Notes: generated by a model from the letters alone, not told the origin. Counted from the stretch's first letter, positions 16,914-25,534 are shown. The stretch: DNA of 48,060 nucleotides from Candidatus Pacearchaeota archaeon CG11_big_fil_rev_8_21_14_0_20_30_13 (GCA_002762735.1 PCVV01000009.1:1-48060); one strand, 5' to 3'. A program made the numbers and translations.

Positions 16914-17211
16914 TTAAATAAGATATCTTATGTTAGGATCTTTTATCCTTTCAATTTCAATTAAATTCCAATAAATCTCATTCTCTCTCTTTTCAAATTT
17001 ATCTGGAATAAAAAATCTTCCATTATACTTTTTTTTGTTTTCAAAATATTTTACTTGTTGGGACTTAATCTCTAAAAGTTTAGTTCCCTCTGAACTCAAG
17101 ATACAACCATCTTTTTCAATATGCTTTAAAATTTCAGCAGTTTTTTTTTTCAATTTCAACTAAAATTTTCTCTAATTTTTCTAGTTCTTTATCTCGTAAT
17201 TTTTTTCTCAT
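16914..17211 (-). pseudogene. hypothetical ~98-aa protein interrupted by a frameshift in an A10 homopolymer
   Basis: The ATG at 17211 opens MRKKLRDKELEKLEKILVEIEKK. The frame changes inside the A10 run (T10 on plus, 17141..17150). Removing one A joins it to ...TAEILKHIEKDGCILSSEG... (track ORF 16914..17159, which only has a TTG start). Confidence 0.4.
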
Positions 17212-17278
17212 AGAAGATATTCGCACATTGTATCTATAAATATTTCTATATTGTTCTCATTTAAGAGTTACAAAAAAG

Positions 17279-17349
17279 TGCGCCAGCCGGGAATCGAACC
17301 CGGATCACAAGCTTGGGAAGCTCGTATTCTACCATTAGACCACTAACGC
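17279..17349 (-). tRNA. tRNA-Gly (anticodon CCC)
   Basis: Reverse complement: GCGTTAGTGGTCTAATGGTAGAATACGAGCTTCCCAAGCTTGTGATCCGGGTTCGATTCCCGGCTGGCGCA. The 7-bp acceptor stem has two G-U pairs, the anticodon loop is TTCCCAA and the T-arm is CCGGG-TTCGATT-CCCGG. No encoded CCA. Confidence 0.85.
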
Positions 17350-17374
17350 TTGGATCTATCAGAGTTTCTCAATC

Positions 17375-17731
17375 TTAAAATATCTTTTTTTTTATGAGGA
17401 TTTCTTCTGGATTGCTCTTCAATTTCCAAGAACCACTTTTCATCCAAAAACTTTTTTTAACATTTTGTCCAATAAAAACGTGCAATTTGATATCTCTTTT
17501 GTTATCTCTCCAATCCTGACTTTTACTTGCACAAAAAATTCCTGCTTCGTAAATTTCATCTTTTGATGGATTTAATCTTTCAATAACACAAAAAGGACTT
17601 CCAGGAGCAACTGTGTGCAGAATAGTATTTTCTTTTCCTTTAAAGCTATTTACAAGCTCATCATTATTTTCAGAATTCTTTCCTAGAAAGATTTTTGTTC
17701 CATTCGAAAGTACAAATTCACGAGGTTCCAT
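17375..17731 (-). CDS. stand-alone DUF814 / NFACT-R-like RNA-binding domain protein
   Basis: 118-aa ORF. GKNSENNDELV ... ILHTVAPGSPFCVI ... EAGIFCASKSQ ... IKLHV follows the DUF814 pattern. Confidence 0.65.
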   Translation of the reverse strand: MEPREFVLSNGTKIFLGKNSENNDELVNSFKGKENTILHTVAPGSPFCVIERLNPSKDEIYEAGIFCASKSQDWRDNKRDIKLHVFIGQNVKKSFWMKSGSWKLKSNPEEILIKKKIF

Positions 17732-17751
17732 ATCATCAAAAAGAAGCAGGT

Positions 17752-18204
17752 TTACTTAAATTTATCTATAACCCAATCATTAACTATCTTCAAAGATTCT
17801 TTTTTCTCTTGATAAGTTAATTTTTTCATTGCTTCTGAATAGGTCATCCATTTATACTCTGAATGTTCTTTTGAATCTAAAACAATTTTCTTTTTCTCTA
17901 ATTTTATCTCTGCAGAAAAAAGTGTAAAAGTCTGTCCAAAATAATCAACTCTATCGTTAAACATTTTGGGATAAAGGTATGAACCATGGTAAGAATGTTT
18001 TTTCAAATTAAAAACCTCAAGCCCCGTTTCTTCTTTTGATTCTCTTTTTGCTGCACATCTTTTAGTTTCAAACCATTCAATTCCCCCTTTTGGAAATTCC
18101 CATCCCTTCCAATGAAGTTTTCTTTTAAGCATTAAATAAATTGGTTTATTTTTTTCAAAAGAATAAATTACAATAAAAACTGCTTTTCTAAGTTTTTTTT
18201 TCAT
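17752..18204 (-). CDS. Nudix hydrolase
   Basis: 150-aa ORF with the Nudix box GGIEWFETKRCAAKRESKEETGL (Gx5Ex7REUxEExGU). Confidence 0.85.
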   Translation of the reverse strand: MKKKLRKAVFIVIYSFEKNKPIYLMLKRKLHWKGWEFPKGGIEWFETKRCAAKRESKEETGLEVFNLKKHSYHGSYLYPKMFNDRVDYFGQTFTLFSAEIKLEKKKIVLDSKEHSEYKWMTYSEAMKKLTYQEKKESLKIVNDWVIDKFK

Positions 18205-18458
18205 TTCTTCACTTCTTCAACTTCTTTTTTTGAGAAAATTTTAGTGGCAAGAATAATTCCTAACACGGAAATGATTGTGACAATGAAAGTTGAAACCAAT
18301 TGACCCTGAAGAGGAGAATAAGAAGAAAGTTTACTAACAAATTTTGTAATGAGGTCCTTCCACGAAAGAGCAATCAAAAAACCAAAAGCTGCAACAATTG
18401 CTGTATTAGTTGATCTATTAAATTCTTCTCTAAATTTTGAAATTACTTTTTTTACCAT
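18201..18458 (-). CDS. small two-TM membrane protein
   Basis: 85-aa ORF with two hydrophobic segments (AIVAAFGFLIALSW and LVSTFIVTIISVLGIILA). It abuts HIT with no gap and overlaps Nudix by ATGA. Confidence 0.6.
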   Translation of the reverse strand: MVKKVISKFREEFNRSTNTAIVAAFGFLIALSWKDLITKFVSKLSSYSPLQGQLVSTFIVTIISVLGIILATKIFSKKEVEEVKK

Positions 18459-18887
18459 TTAAAAATTTTTAACTTCATTTACTTTTTTTATAAGTTCACC
18501 TTCCCTTAAAAATTTTCGTTTATCTTTTATCTCTTTTGTCTTTTTCCTCTTTGGAACTAAATGAAAATGCGCGTGAGGGATAGTCTTTCCTGCAGAAATC
18601 AAATCTCCTTCTTTATATTGCATTTGAACTGCTGGATACTTTTTTTCTAAAAGTTTTATTCCGGATAACATCAAATCAAAAATTTCTTTTTTCTCATTTC
18701 CAGTAAGATTATTCAAACTTAGAATGTGCCGTTTTGGAATGACTAAAAGATGATTTTTTACATATGGTGCTCTTGCTAGAGTAATGTATGCAGATTCATT
18801 TTCTATTATGCGAAATTCTGAATTTGAATTACAAAATGGACAAAAATCTTTTTTTCTAAAATTTTTTAAAATTTTTTGATAAAACAT
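18459..18887 (-). CDS. HIT-family nucleotide hydrolase/transferase
   Basis: 142-aa ORF with the histidine triad HAHFHLVP and an N-terminal CPFC. Confidence 0.85.
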   Translation of the reverse strand: MFYQKILKNFRKKDFCPFCNSNSEFRIIENESAYITLARAPYVKNHLLVIPKRHILSLNNLTGNEKKEIFDLMLSGIKLLEKKYPAVQMQYKEGDLISAGKTIPHAHFHLVPKRKKTKEIKDKRKFLREGELIKKVNEVKNF

Positions 18888-18924
18888 AATCTTCTTTGTT
18901 AAAAGAAGTTTAAAAATTTAATTT

Positions 18925-20382
18925 TTAAGCTTGATCTACTTTTTGTTTCTTTTTAAAAAAAAATTCAATTGCTCTTGCTAATTCCTTATGAGTTTTTGCA
19001 TATTTTTCTATTGGAATCTTTTTTTCATATGCTTCTAAAGACTGAACAAGTGCTGTTGCTCCTGCCTTTGTTCCATCTGGATGTGCATGACACCCTGCTC
19101 CCATTGTGGTAATAAAATCAACAGTTCCAGCAACTTCAATAAATTTTTTTAATAAAGTAGGATTTAACCCTCCAGAAATTATTGGAGCACATTTTTTAAT
19201 TCCTCTCCAAGAATCGTCTTCTAAAATTAGGTGATGAATTGAATCTTCCTGCACCATCTTTAAAATTTCTTTGCCATTTGCTTGAATCTTTGACCAAGAT
19301 TGATTAAAGAAATGACCTTTAGCTAAAAGTTTTAAAATTCCATCTGCTGCAGTTATATCTTCCTCTGGACTTCCTTTCATCTTTCCAACTCCAGCAGTTC
19401 CAGTATGAATTCCTGAAGCTCCTGCAAGTCTTGCAAATTTTGATAAAACTAAAACGGAAAATCCAATTGGATTCTCTGGTCTTGTGAATGCACCATGAGC
19501 CGCTCTGTGAAAGTGAATAAAAACATCTGGGTATCTTCTCCTCAAGGTCTGAACTGCCATCCACCCTGCAGTAATTCCATCAATCAAAAAAGCATAACTT
19601 CCTGGTTCAAAACCCGCTTCCCTAATCATCTCACATCTTTTAATCATTGTATCAAAATCTGAAGCGGAAACATTAAATGAATGAACTTTCTTTTTTCCAG
19701 TAACTTTTACTGCTTTATCCATTGCCTCTTTAACATGCTTTACCATTTTGTCATATGGACAAAAATCTTGATTTGCCTGAGGTTCATCATTTTTAACAAA
19801 ATCTCCTCCTCCAGTCCAAAACTCATAACAAACTTCTGCATATTCAGCTGAGGTTAACCCCATTTTCGGTTTTATAATTGTTCCAAGCACCGGCCTATTT
19901 TTTATTCCTAAATATTTTTTCATGTCATCCAAAGTATAACTTGGACCATCATATTGTTCAAGCATCGCTGAAGGAAACCAAATATCAATTAACTTTAGAG
20001 CCGAAACTTGCTTCATTCCGAGAACATTTCCTACAACATAAGTTAAAATATTTTGAATATTTCCCCCTCGATCAAAAAGCCTCCAAGGATAAGCAATCCA
20101 AACTAAATTTCGCTTTTCATCAAATTGATAAACCAAGGCATTCATTTTTTTAGAAAAAGATGTTTCAGTTTGCACCAAAAAATTTGTCCCTGTTGAAGAT
20201 TCTGCAGCAATTTCACAGGCTGCCTGTAAAATATTTAGCCCTTTCTCAGGAACCATATGAAAAACTGCAAGCATATATTCCCCGTTTCGGAATTCTTTAA
20301 AATTTAAATTTATGTAAGAAACCTGATGAGAATTAAGTGAATATGCTTTTTCAACATTCTTTTCTACTCTTTTAATCACCAT
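18925..20382 (-). CDS. rbcL: ribulose-1,5-bisphosphate carboxylase large subunit, form II-like (form II/III type)
   Basis: 485-aa ORF. Motifs: AAESSTGTN, GTIIKPKMGL, GGDFVKNDEPQANQDFCP, RRRYPDVFIHFHRAAHGA, ASGIHTGTAGVGKM, PIISGGLN, HKELARAIE. It is strongly form II-like, with an extra segment between QSW and CAPIISGG. Confidence 0.93.
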   Translation of the reverse strand: MVIKRVEKNVEKAYSLNSHQVSYINLNFKEFRNGEYMLAVFHMVPEKGLNILQAACEIAAESSTGTNFLVQTETSFSKKMNALVYQFDEKRNLVWIAYPWRLFDRGGNIQNILTYVVGNVLGMKQVSALKLIDIWFPSAMLEQYDGPSYTLDDMKKYLGIKNRPVLGTIIKPKMGLTSAEYAEVCYEFWTGGGDFVKNDEPQANQDFCPYDKMVKHVKEAMDKAVKVTGKKKVHSFNVSASDFDTMIKRCEMIREAGFEPGSYAFLIDGITAGWMAVQTLRRRYPDVFIHFHRAAHGAFTRPENPIGFSVLVLSKFARLAGASGIHTGTAGVGKMKGSPEEDITAADGILKLLAKGHFFNQSWSKIQANGKEILKMVQEDSIHHLILEDDSWRGIKKCAPIISGGLNPTLLKKFIEVAGTVDFITTMGAGCHAHPDGTKAGATALVQSLEAYEKKIPIEKYAKTHKELARAIEFFFKKKQKVDQA

Positions 20383-20412
20383 TTTCCCTCCTAAATCAAA
20401 ATGAAATTTTCT

Positions 20413-21579
20413 TTAAATATCTTTAGTTTGCTCGACAAATTTTAACTGATACTTTCGGTAGTTTGTGAAGAATTTTAAAGACCAATCAATCAAATATGAA
20501 ATTCCAAATAAACAAATCAAGAAAATTGCAACACTTTTATCAATGGATGGAATCGCATTAGGACTTGCTAATCTTACTACTCCTGCGATTGCTCCGATAC
20601 TTGTTAATAGCTGAATTGATTTTATTCCGCTTACTGCGGTTTTTGTTTTTATTTCATTAATCATTTGTATTGCAGAATCAACATAATCTAAAGTCATTTT
20701 CCAAATTTCTTTTATATATTCTAGGCTATTGAACAAATCTTCATACTTATATTGAAAAAGAGAAACCAATTCTTCTTCCACTTTTAAATACTTAGACAAA
20801 GAAGATCTCGTTTTGGCATAGACTGACATTTGATTAATTCTGTTTGAAATTAATCTGATTGTCTTTTGATAACTGTCCAACTTTAAACGATATTCATCTG
20901 CATCTTTACCTCTAATTTGCTTTTTCTCTTTTATCTGAGAAATTTCTTCCCAAATATTTCTATGAATGTTTAGATATCTATGCAATTGCCATTTAAACTC
21001 TCTGAAAAATATTTGCATTTCTACCAAAGAATCTAAATCTTCTTTTTTCCTTGTTGAAATAAAGACTAAAATAAACTTTTTTGTTTTTATTACTCTTGCT
21101 TTTTTGGAAAGAATATCTGAGTATATCTTTCCATAAAGAGATTCATTAACTTTTTCCTTGCCAGGGCTTTTTGAAAGTTCTCCAATCACAACAGGATGGT
21201 CATCTTTGAGATTAGAAAGAATTTTTGGAGTCGGAGCACCCAATGAAAAAAGATAATCTATTGCAGGTTTCCAATTTTTTTCAAAATAATCTTTTAACTT
21301 TTGAGAATCTTCTTCAATTGTATCTGATAAGATTTCAAAGAGATAAAGTCCATCTTCATAGTATTTTATTTTTATTTTAGAATTAGTTATAACCTCTATA
21401 TACTCCAAATAATCTGAAACCCTTTTAACGGATTTTATATCTAATTGGAAAAGATTAGCTTCTAATGATTCTTTTGATAAATCCAAATTTGAAGTGCCTT
21501 GAGACAAGAATTGATAAACTTCAGTTAAATGTAAAGTAGTTCTTTGATACCATCCACCAAAAGTTAGTTTTTTCATCAT
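20413..21579 (-). CDS. hypothetical protein: soluble N-domain, long helical region and two C-terminal TM helices (CorA-like topology, no GMN motif)
   Basis: 388-aa ORF ending 30 nt upstream of rbcL. The C-terminus is IQLLTSIGAIAGVV - loop - VAIFLICLFGISYLIDWSL. No family recognised. Confidence 0.7.
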   Translation of the reverse strand: MMKKLTFGGWYQRTTLHLTEVYQFLSQGTSNLDLSKESLEANLFQLDIKSVKRVSDYLEYIEVITNSKIKIKYYEDGLYLFEILSDTIEEDSQKLKDYFEKNWKPAIDYLFSLGAPTPKILSNLKDDHPVVIGELSKSPGKEKVNESLYGKIYSDILSKKARVIKTKKFILVFISTRKKEDLDSLVEMQIFFREFKWQLHRYLNIHRNIWEEISQIKEKKQIRGKDADEYRLKLDSYQKTIRLISNRINQMSVYAKTRSSLSKYLKVEEELVSLFQYKYEDLFNSLEYIKEIWKMTLDYVDSAIQMINEIKTKTAVSGIKSIQLLTSIGAIAGVVRLASPNAIPSIDKSVAIFLICLFGISYLIDWSLKFFTNYRKYQLKFVEQTKDI

Positions 21580-21661
21580 TCACCTCTAAAAGAATGAAAG
21601 ATTTAATTGTTTAAATGGTTTGCGCAATCAATTAGTTTTAGAAAAATGATGGAATAAAAGT

Positions 21662-22993
21662 TTAGACTTCCTTAATTTCTTGACCTTCTTTTCCATCAAG
21701 CACCTGAAATCCTAAAGATTTTATTTCGTCTCTTAGTTTATCCGCTTCTTCCCATTTTTTATTTTTCCTTGCAATTTCCCTTTTTTCTAAAAATTCATTT
21801 ACTTTTTTTGGAATTTTTATTTCAATCTTCTCTAAAAGTTTAAGGCCAAAAATCTCATCTAATTTTTTTATTGTTTGGTATTTTCCATTTGCATTTTCAT
21901 CTCTTACTAACTTCCATAAGACTTGAAGAGCATTAGGAGTATTAAAATCATCATCCATTGATTCTTCAAATTCATTTAAGCAATTTTTATTTGTCTTTCC
22001 ATCGTTAGTTATTGAATCGCAAATATTTTTTAGTCTTTCAAGTGAGCTTTTTGCATTTTCCAAAGATTCTGGAGAAAAATCTATTGGTTTTCTGTAATTT
22101 GCTGAAAGAAAGAGATACCTTATTTCTTCTGAAGAGTAAAGTTTTATGAGTTCTCTAATTGTAGAAAAATTACCCTTTGATTTCCCCATTTTTTCTTTTC
22201 CTATATTCAAAAAACCAGTATGCATCCAATATCTTACAAGAGGTTTTTTTCCAGAGATTGATTCCATTTGAGCTATTTCTGCCTCGTGATGAGGAAAGAT
22301 TAAATCTAGCCCCCCTCCATGAATATCATATTGGGATCCAAATTCTTTTTCTGTTATTGCCGTATCTTCGATATGCCAACCTGGCCTTCCCTCTCCCAAA
22401 GAAGTTTTCCAAGAAGGTTCACCTTCCTTTTTAAATTTCCATAAACAAAAATCCCCGGAATTTTTCTTTTCTGAATTTTCATCAATTCTTGAAACTGCAT
22501 CTTCTCCTTCGCTTAATTTTCTTCTTGCAAGTTTTCCATATTCTTCATCTTTGGTTAAATCAAAATATAATCCGTCAGAGATCTTATACGCGAATCCCTT
22601 TTTGATTAATCTTTCCACCTGAGAAACAATTTCTGGAATGTAATCGGTTGCATTTGCATACTTGCTTACAGAATCAATTCCTAAACTTTTAATGTCTGAA
22701 ATATATGCCTCTCTATATTTTTTGACTAATTCTTTCCAGCTTACTTTTTCTAAGTTTGATCGATTTATTATTTTGTCGTCAATATCTGTAATATTTTGAA
22801 GATAAAATACATTGTATCCCTTGAACCTGAGATATTTTACAATAATGTCGAATTGGGTGTACGTCTTTGCATGACCAACATGTGAGAGATCATAAACTGT
22901 TGGGCCGCAAACGAATATTTTTATTTCCCCTTCTTTAATTGGTTTGAAAACTTCTTTCTTTCTTGAAAGAGTGCTATAAATTTTTAATACCAT
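21662..22993 (-). CDS. cysS: cysteinyl-tRNA synthetase
   Basis: 443-aa ORF. CGPTVYDLSHVGHAKTY (HIGH region), KMGKSKGN (KMSKS) and WHIEDTA. Confidence 0.93.
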   Translation of the reverse strand: MVLKIYSTLSRKKEVFKPIKEGEIKIFVCGPTVYDLSHVGHAKTYTQFDIIVKYLRFKGYNVFYLQNITDIDDKIINRSNLEKVSWKELVKKYREAYISDIKSLGIDSVSKYANATDYIPEIVSQVERLIKKGFAYKISDGLYFDLTKDEEYGKLARRKLSEGEDAVSRIDENSEKKNSGDFCLWKFKKEGEPSWKTSLGEGRPGWHIEDTAITEKEFGSQYDIHGGGLDLIFPHHEAEIAQMESISGKKPLVRYWMHTGFLNIGKEKMGKSKGNFSTIRELIKLYSSEEIRYLFLSANYRKPIDFSPESLENAKSSLERLKNICDSITNDGKTNKNCLNEFEESMDDDFNTPNALQVLWKLVRDENANGKYQTIKKLDEIFGLKLLEKIEIKIPKKVNEFLEKREIARKNKKWEEADKLRDEIKSLGFQVLDGKEGQEIKEV

Positions 22994-23033
22994 TGAAAAC
23001 TAAAGAATTTTAGATTTAAAAAATTAAGTGAAA

Positions 23034-23597
23034 TTATTTAAACGTTACTGAGATATCCGCACTATCATAAGCACTACCATCTCTATACAAAAGAAGGTCA
23101 TACTTAACTGTGCAAGAAGGCATACTTTCTGGAACAGGAAACTGAACCAAACGAGCATTACTTAACATTTGACTTCCCCCAATTGGAATCGGATTTAACG
23201 TTGTTCCACCTAAAACATAACTATTTGCTTGACTTTCTGTTACAGTTCCTTGGCAATCTGTTACATCGCTTGCTTTTATTGAATATGTGAAATCGGCCTG
23301 GGTTTTTGCATTATTATAAATTGAAAACGCAAAACCTTGAGGAGGGGAAGCCCCTCTTTTAACGGTAATTATTCTTGAACTCGGATAAACTGCAAGCTTC
23401 AAAGTCTTTCCATCGGAAAACATTTGATTTATCTCATTTTGAATTTGAGTATCTATAGAATTAATAGCATTATTGCTAGAAGTGAAAATTTTACTAATAA
23501 AAAAGATTCCTAAGACTAAAACACTCATAAGAAGAACAATCGTAACAATTGTTCCAACGGACATTTCCATTGCACCTTTAGTATTTTTTGTTTCCAT
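23034..23597 (-). CDS. archaeal type IV pilin-like protein (class III signal peptide)
   Basis: 187-aa ORF. The N-terminus METKNTKGAMEMSVGTIVTIVLLMSVLVLGIFFI has a short charged leader ending KG followed by a hydrophobic helix. The remainder looks beta-rich and extracellular. Confidence 0.55.
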   Translation of the reverse strand: METKNTKGAMEMSVGTIVTIVLLMSVLVLGIFFISKIFTSSNNAINSIDTQIQNEINQMFSDGKTLKLAVYPSSRIITVKRGASPPQGFAFSIYNNAKTQADFTYSIKASDVTDCQGTVTESQANSYVLGGTTLNPIPIGGSQMLSNARLVQFPVPESMPSCTVKYDLLLYRDGSAYDSADISVTFK

Positions 23598-23602
23598 TCT
23601 TC

Positions 23603-23878
23603 TTAAACTCCAAAAATTGGAGAAGTATAATAAGCTACAAGAACTGTTAAAATTAAAACAATAATTCCAACAATCAATGCAATTAGATTTAACTTCTTTC
23701 CTTTTCTTGAAAAATCTGAATTTTCTTTTTTAGAAAAAGCAATTCCAATTATTGAAAGAACTATTCCTGCAAATGGGGAGAAAAAAGCCTCGACAATTGC
23801 AACGATTCCTAAAACATATGAAATTAATCCAAAGGGAATTCCACTCTTTACTTCTTTAGAACTTGTTTTTGCCACCAT
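23603..23878 (-). CDS. small membrane protein (DUF4190-like, two or three TM)
   Basis: 91-aa ORF with hydrophobic segments flanking a charged loop (SKKENSDFSRKGKK). Confidence 0.5.
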   Translation of the reverse strand: MVAKTSSKEVKSGIPFGLISYVLGIVAIVEAFFSPFAGIVLSIIGIAFSKKENSDFSRKGKKLNLIALIVGIIVLILTVLVAYYTSPIFGV

Positions 23879-23939
23879 CTTCTACTTTCAAAAGGTTTAT
23901 TCATTTATAAAAGTTATTGTAAAGACAGAATGTTGAAAA

Positions 23940-24011
23940 TGGGAATGGGGGGAGTCGAACCCCCGACACCATGATCTTCAGTCATGTGCTCTCCCGCTGA
24001 GCTACATTCCC
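23940..24011 (-). tRNA. tRNA-Phe (anticodon GAA)
   Basis: Reverse complement: GGGAATGTAGCTCAGCGGGAGAGCACATGACTGAAGATCATGGTGTCGGGGGTTCGACTCCCCCCATTCCCA. Perfect 7-bp acceptor stem, anticodon loop CTGAAGA, T-arm GGGGG-TTCGACT-CCCCC. Confidence 0.9.
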
Positions 24012-24064
24012 ATTATCAAATTTAAAGCAGTAGTTGTTTTTTAAAGTTTGTTAAAAAGAAAAAT

Positions 24065-24382
24065 GTAAGTTGAGGTAGGCCACCTTCTGTTGTTCTCCGT
24101 GTTCGGACAGAACATGCTAACATTCGACTATGCGGGCATACACATGTTACCCTTGCATCAACCAAGTTGCTCGTTTCATCAAATCTTGTTTTTCGACGTT
24201 CCCCGCATGGTTCATTACTCTAAACAAACTGTGGCGTTTCTGTAGCAGAGCTTTGCCTCACGGCAACTTTCCTTTCGAAAAGTGGTTTTTTTGATGGGCG
24301 GACCTTCCTCAGAATCCAGAAATCATAATTCATTTCTTTGCAATTTAATGCAAGGATTCCGTAAATTAGCTCCCCAACTTAC
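24065..24382 (-). ncRNA. rnpB: RNase P RNA (archaeal type)
   Basis: The minus-strand RNA starts GUAAGUUGGGGAGC and ends CCUACCUCAACUUAC (P1 pairing). It contains GAGGAAGGUCCGCCC (CR-I/P4 5' strand), GCUACAGAAACG, GGGUAAC and ACAACAGAAGGUGGCCUAC (CR-V/P4 3' strand). GC content is clearly above the surroundings and there is no ORF. Ends are approximate. Confidence 0.8.
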
Positions 24383-24400
24383 AAATATAAATCTCCCGGA

Positions 24401-24412
24401 GGCTATTTAAGG
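24401..24412 (-). promoter_or_regulatory. TATA-like element upstream of RNase P RNA
   Basis: Minus-strand CCTTAAATAGCC ends about 20 nt upstream of the proposed RNA 5' end. Confidence 0.35.
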
Positions 24413-24471
24413 ATTTTGGTAAGCCAATTTTTGAACAAATTTTTAAAGACGTTCGTCTTATTAAAGAAAGA

Positions 24472-25533
24472 ATGAAATTAAGTTTGGTGATTCCAACTTA
24501 TAACGAAAGAAAAAATATTCTTCAACTTCTTAAGAAAATTCAAGAAGAGTTTAAGAAAAACAATATCCAAGGAGAGATAATTGTTGTGGATGACAATTCT
24601 CCCGATGGAACTGGGAAAATTTTGGATGAAACAAAAATCAAAATTAAAAATTTGAAAATCATACACAGAAAAGGAAAATTTGGACTTTCTTCGGCAGTTT
24701 TAGATGGATGGAAAATTGCAGAAGGAGAAATTTTGGGAGCAATGGATGCAGATTTAAGCCATCCTCCTGAAAAAATAAAGGAACTTTTTTGGGAAATAGA
24801 AAATGGTAAAGCAGATTTTGCAATTGGAAGTCGTTATGCTCCTGGAGGAGAAATTAAAGGTTGGGGATTCAAAAGAAAATTGATGTCTAAAACTGCTACA
24901 CTTTTGGCAAGAGTTTACACCAAAGTAAAAGATCCTATGACTGGTTTTTTTATGATAAAAAGAACATGCATAAAAGATAAAAAGATAAATCCTAAGGGAT
25001 TTAAGATTCTTTTAGAGCTAATTATAAAAGCAAACTACAAAATAATAAAAGAAATTCCAATAATCTTCAATAATAGAATTGAGGGAAAAAGCAAAGCTGG
25101 AACTAAAGAAATTTTTTGCTATCTTCAAAATTTAATAGGATATCTTCCCTACAAGAAAAAAGTTATTAGAGAATTTTTCAAATTTGCTTTTGTAGGAGGA
25201 ATTGGAACCATCATTAACGTTCTGCTATTATACATTTTAACTGAAAAAGTGGGAGTTTACTATCTTCTCTCTGCAATTGTTTCTTTCCTTATTGCCATGA
25301 CAAGCAATTTCATATTAAATAAAGTCTGGACATTTAAAGAAAATATTCGACTGAATGCTAAGAAGAAATATTTTCAATTTACATTAGTGAGTATAATCGT
25401 GCTCATAGTAAATTTATTTTTCTTGTACCTCTTCACTGAGATATTTGAAATATACTACTTAATCTCCCAAGTTTTAGCAATTGGAATTGCTTTGATTATA
25501 AACTTTTTTGGAAATAAAATATGGACTTTTTAA
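24472..25533 (+). CDS. GT2 polyprenol-phosphate glycosyltransferase (Dpm1-like) fused to a GtrA-like membrane domain
   Basis: 353-aa ORF. LSLVIPTYNERKNI, VVDDNSPDGT and DADLSHPP form the GT-A/GT2 part. The C-terminal four-TM region FAFVGGIGTIINVLLLYILTE ... NKVWTF ... GNKIWTF is GtrA-like. Confidence 0.85.
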   Translation: MKLSLVIPTYNERKNILQLLKKIQEEFKKNNIQGEIIVVDDNSPDGTGKILDETKIKIKNLKIIHRKGKFGLSSAVLDGWKIAEGEILGAMDADLSHPPEKIKELFWEIENGKADFAIGSRYAPGGEIKGWGFKRKLMSKTATLLARVYTKVKDPMTGFFMIKRTCIKDKKINPKGFKILLELIIKANYKIIKEIPIIFNNRIEGKSKAGTKEIFCYLQNLIGYLPYKKKVIREFFKFAFVGGIGTIINVLLLYILTEKVGVYYLLSAIVSFLIAMTSNFILNKVWTFKENIRLNAKKKYFQFTLVSIIVLIVNLFFLYLFTEIFEIYYLISQVLAIGIALIINFFGNKIWTF

Positions 25534-25534
25534 A

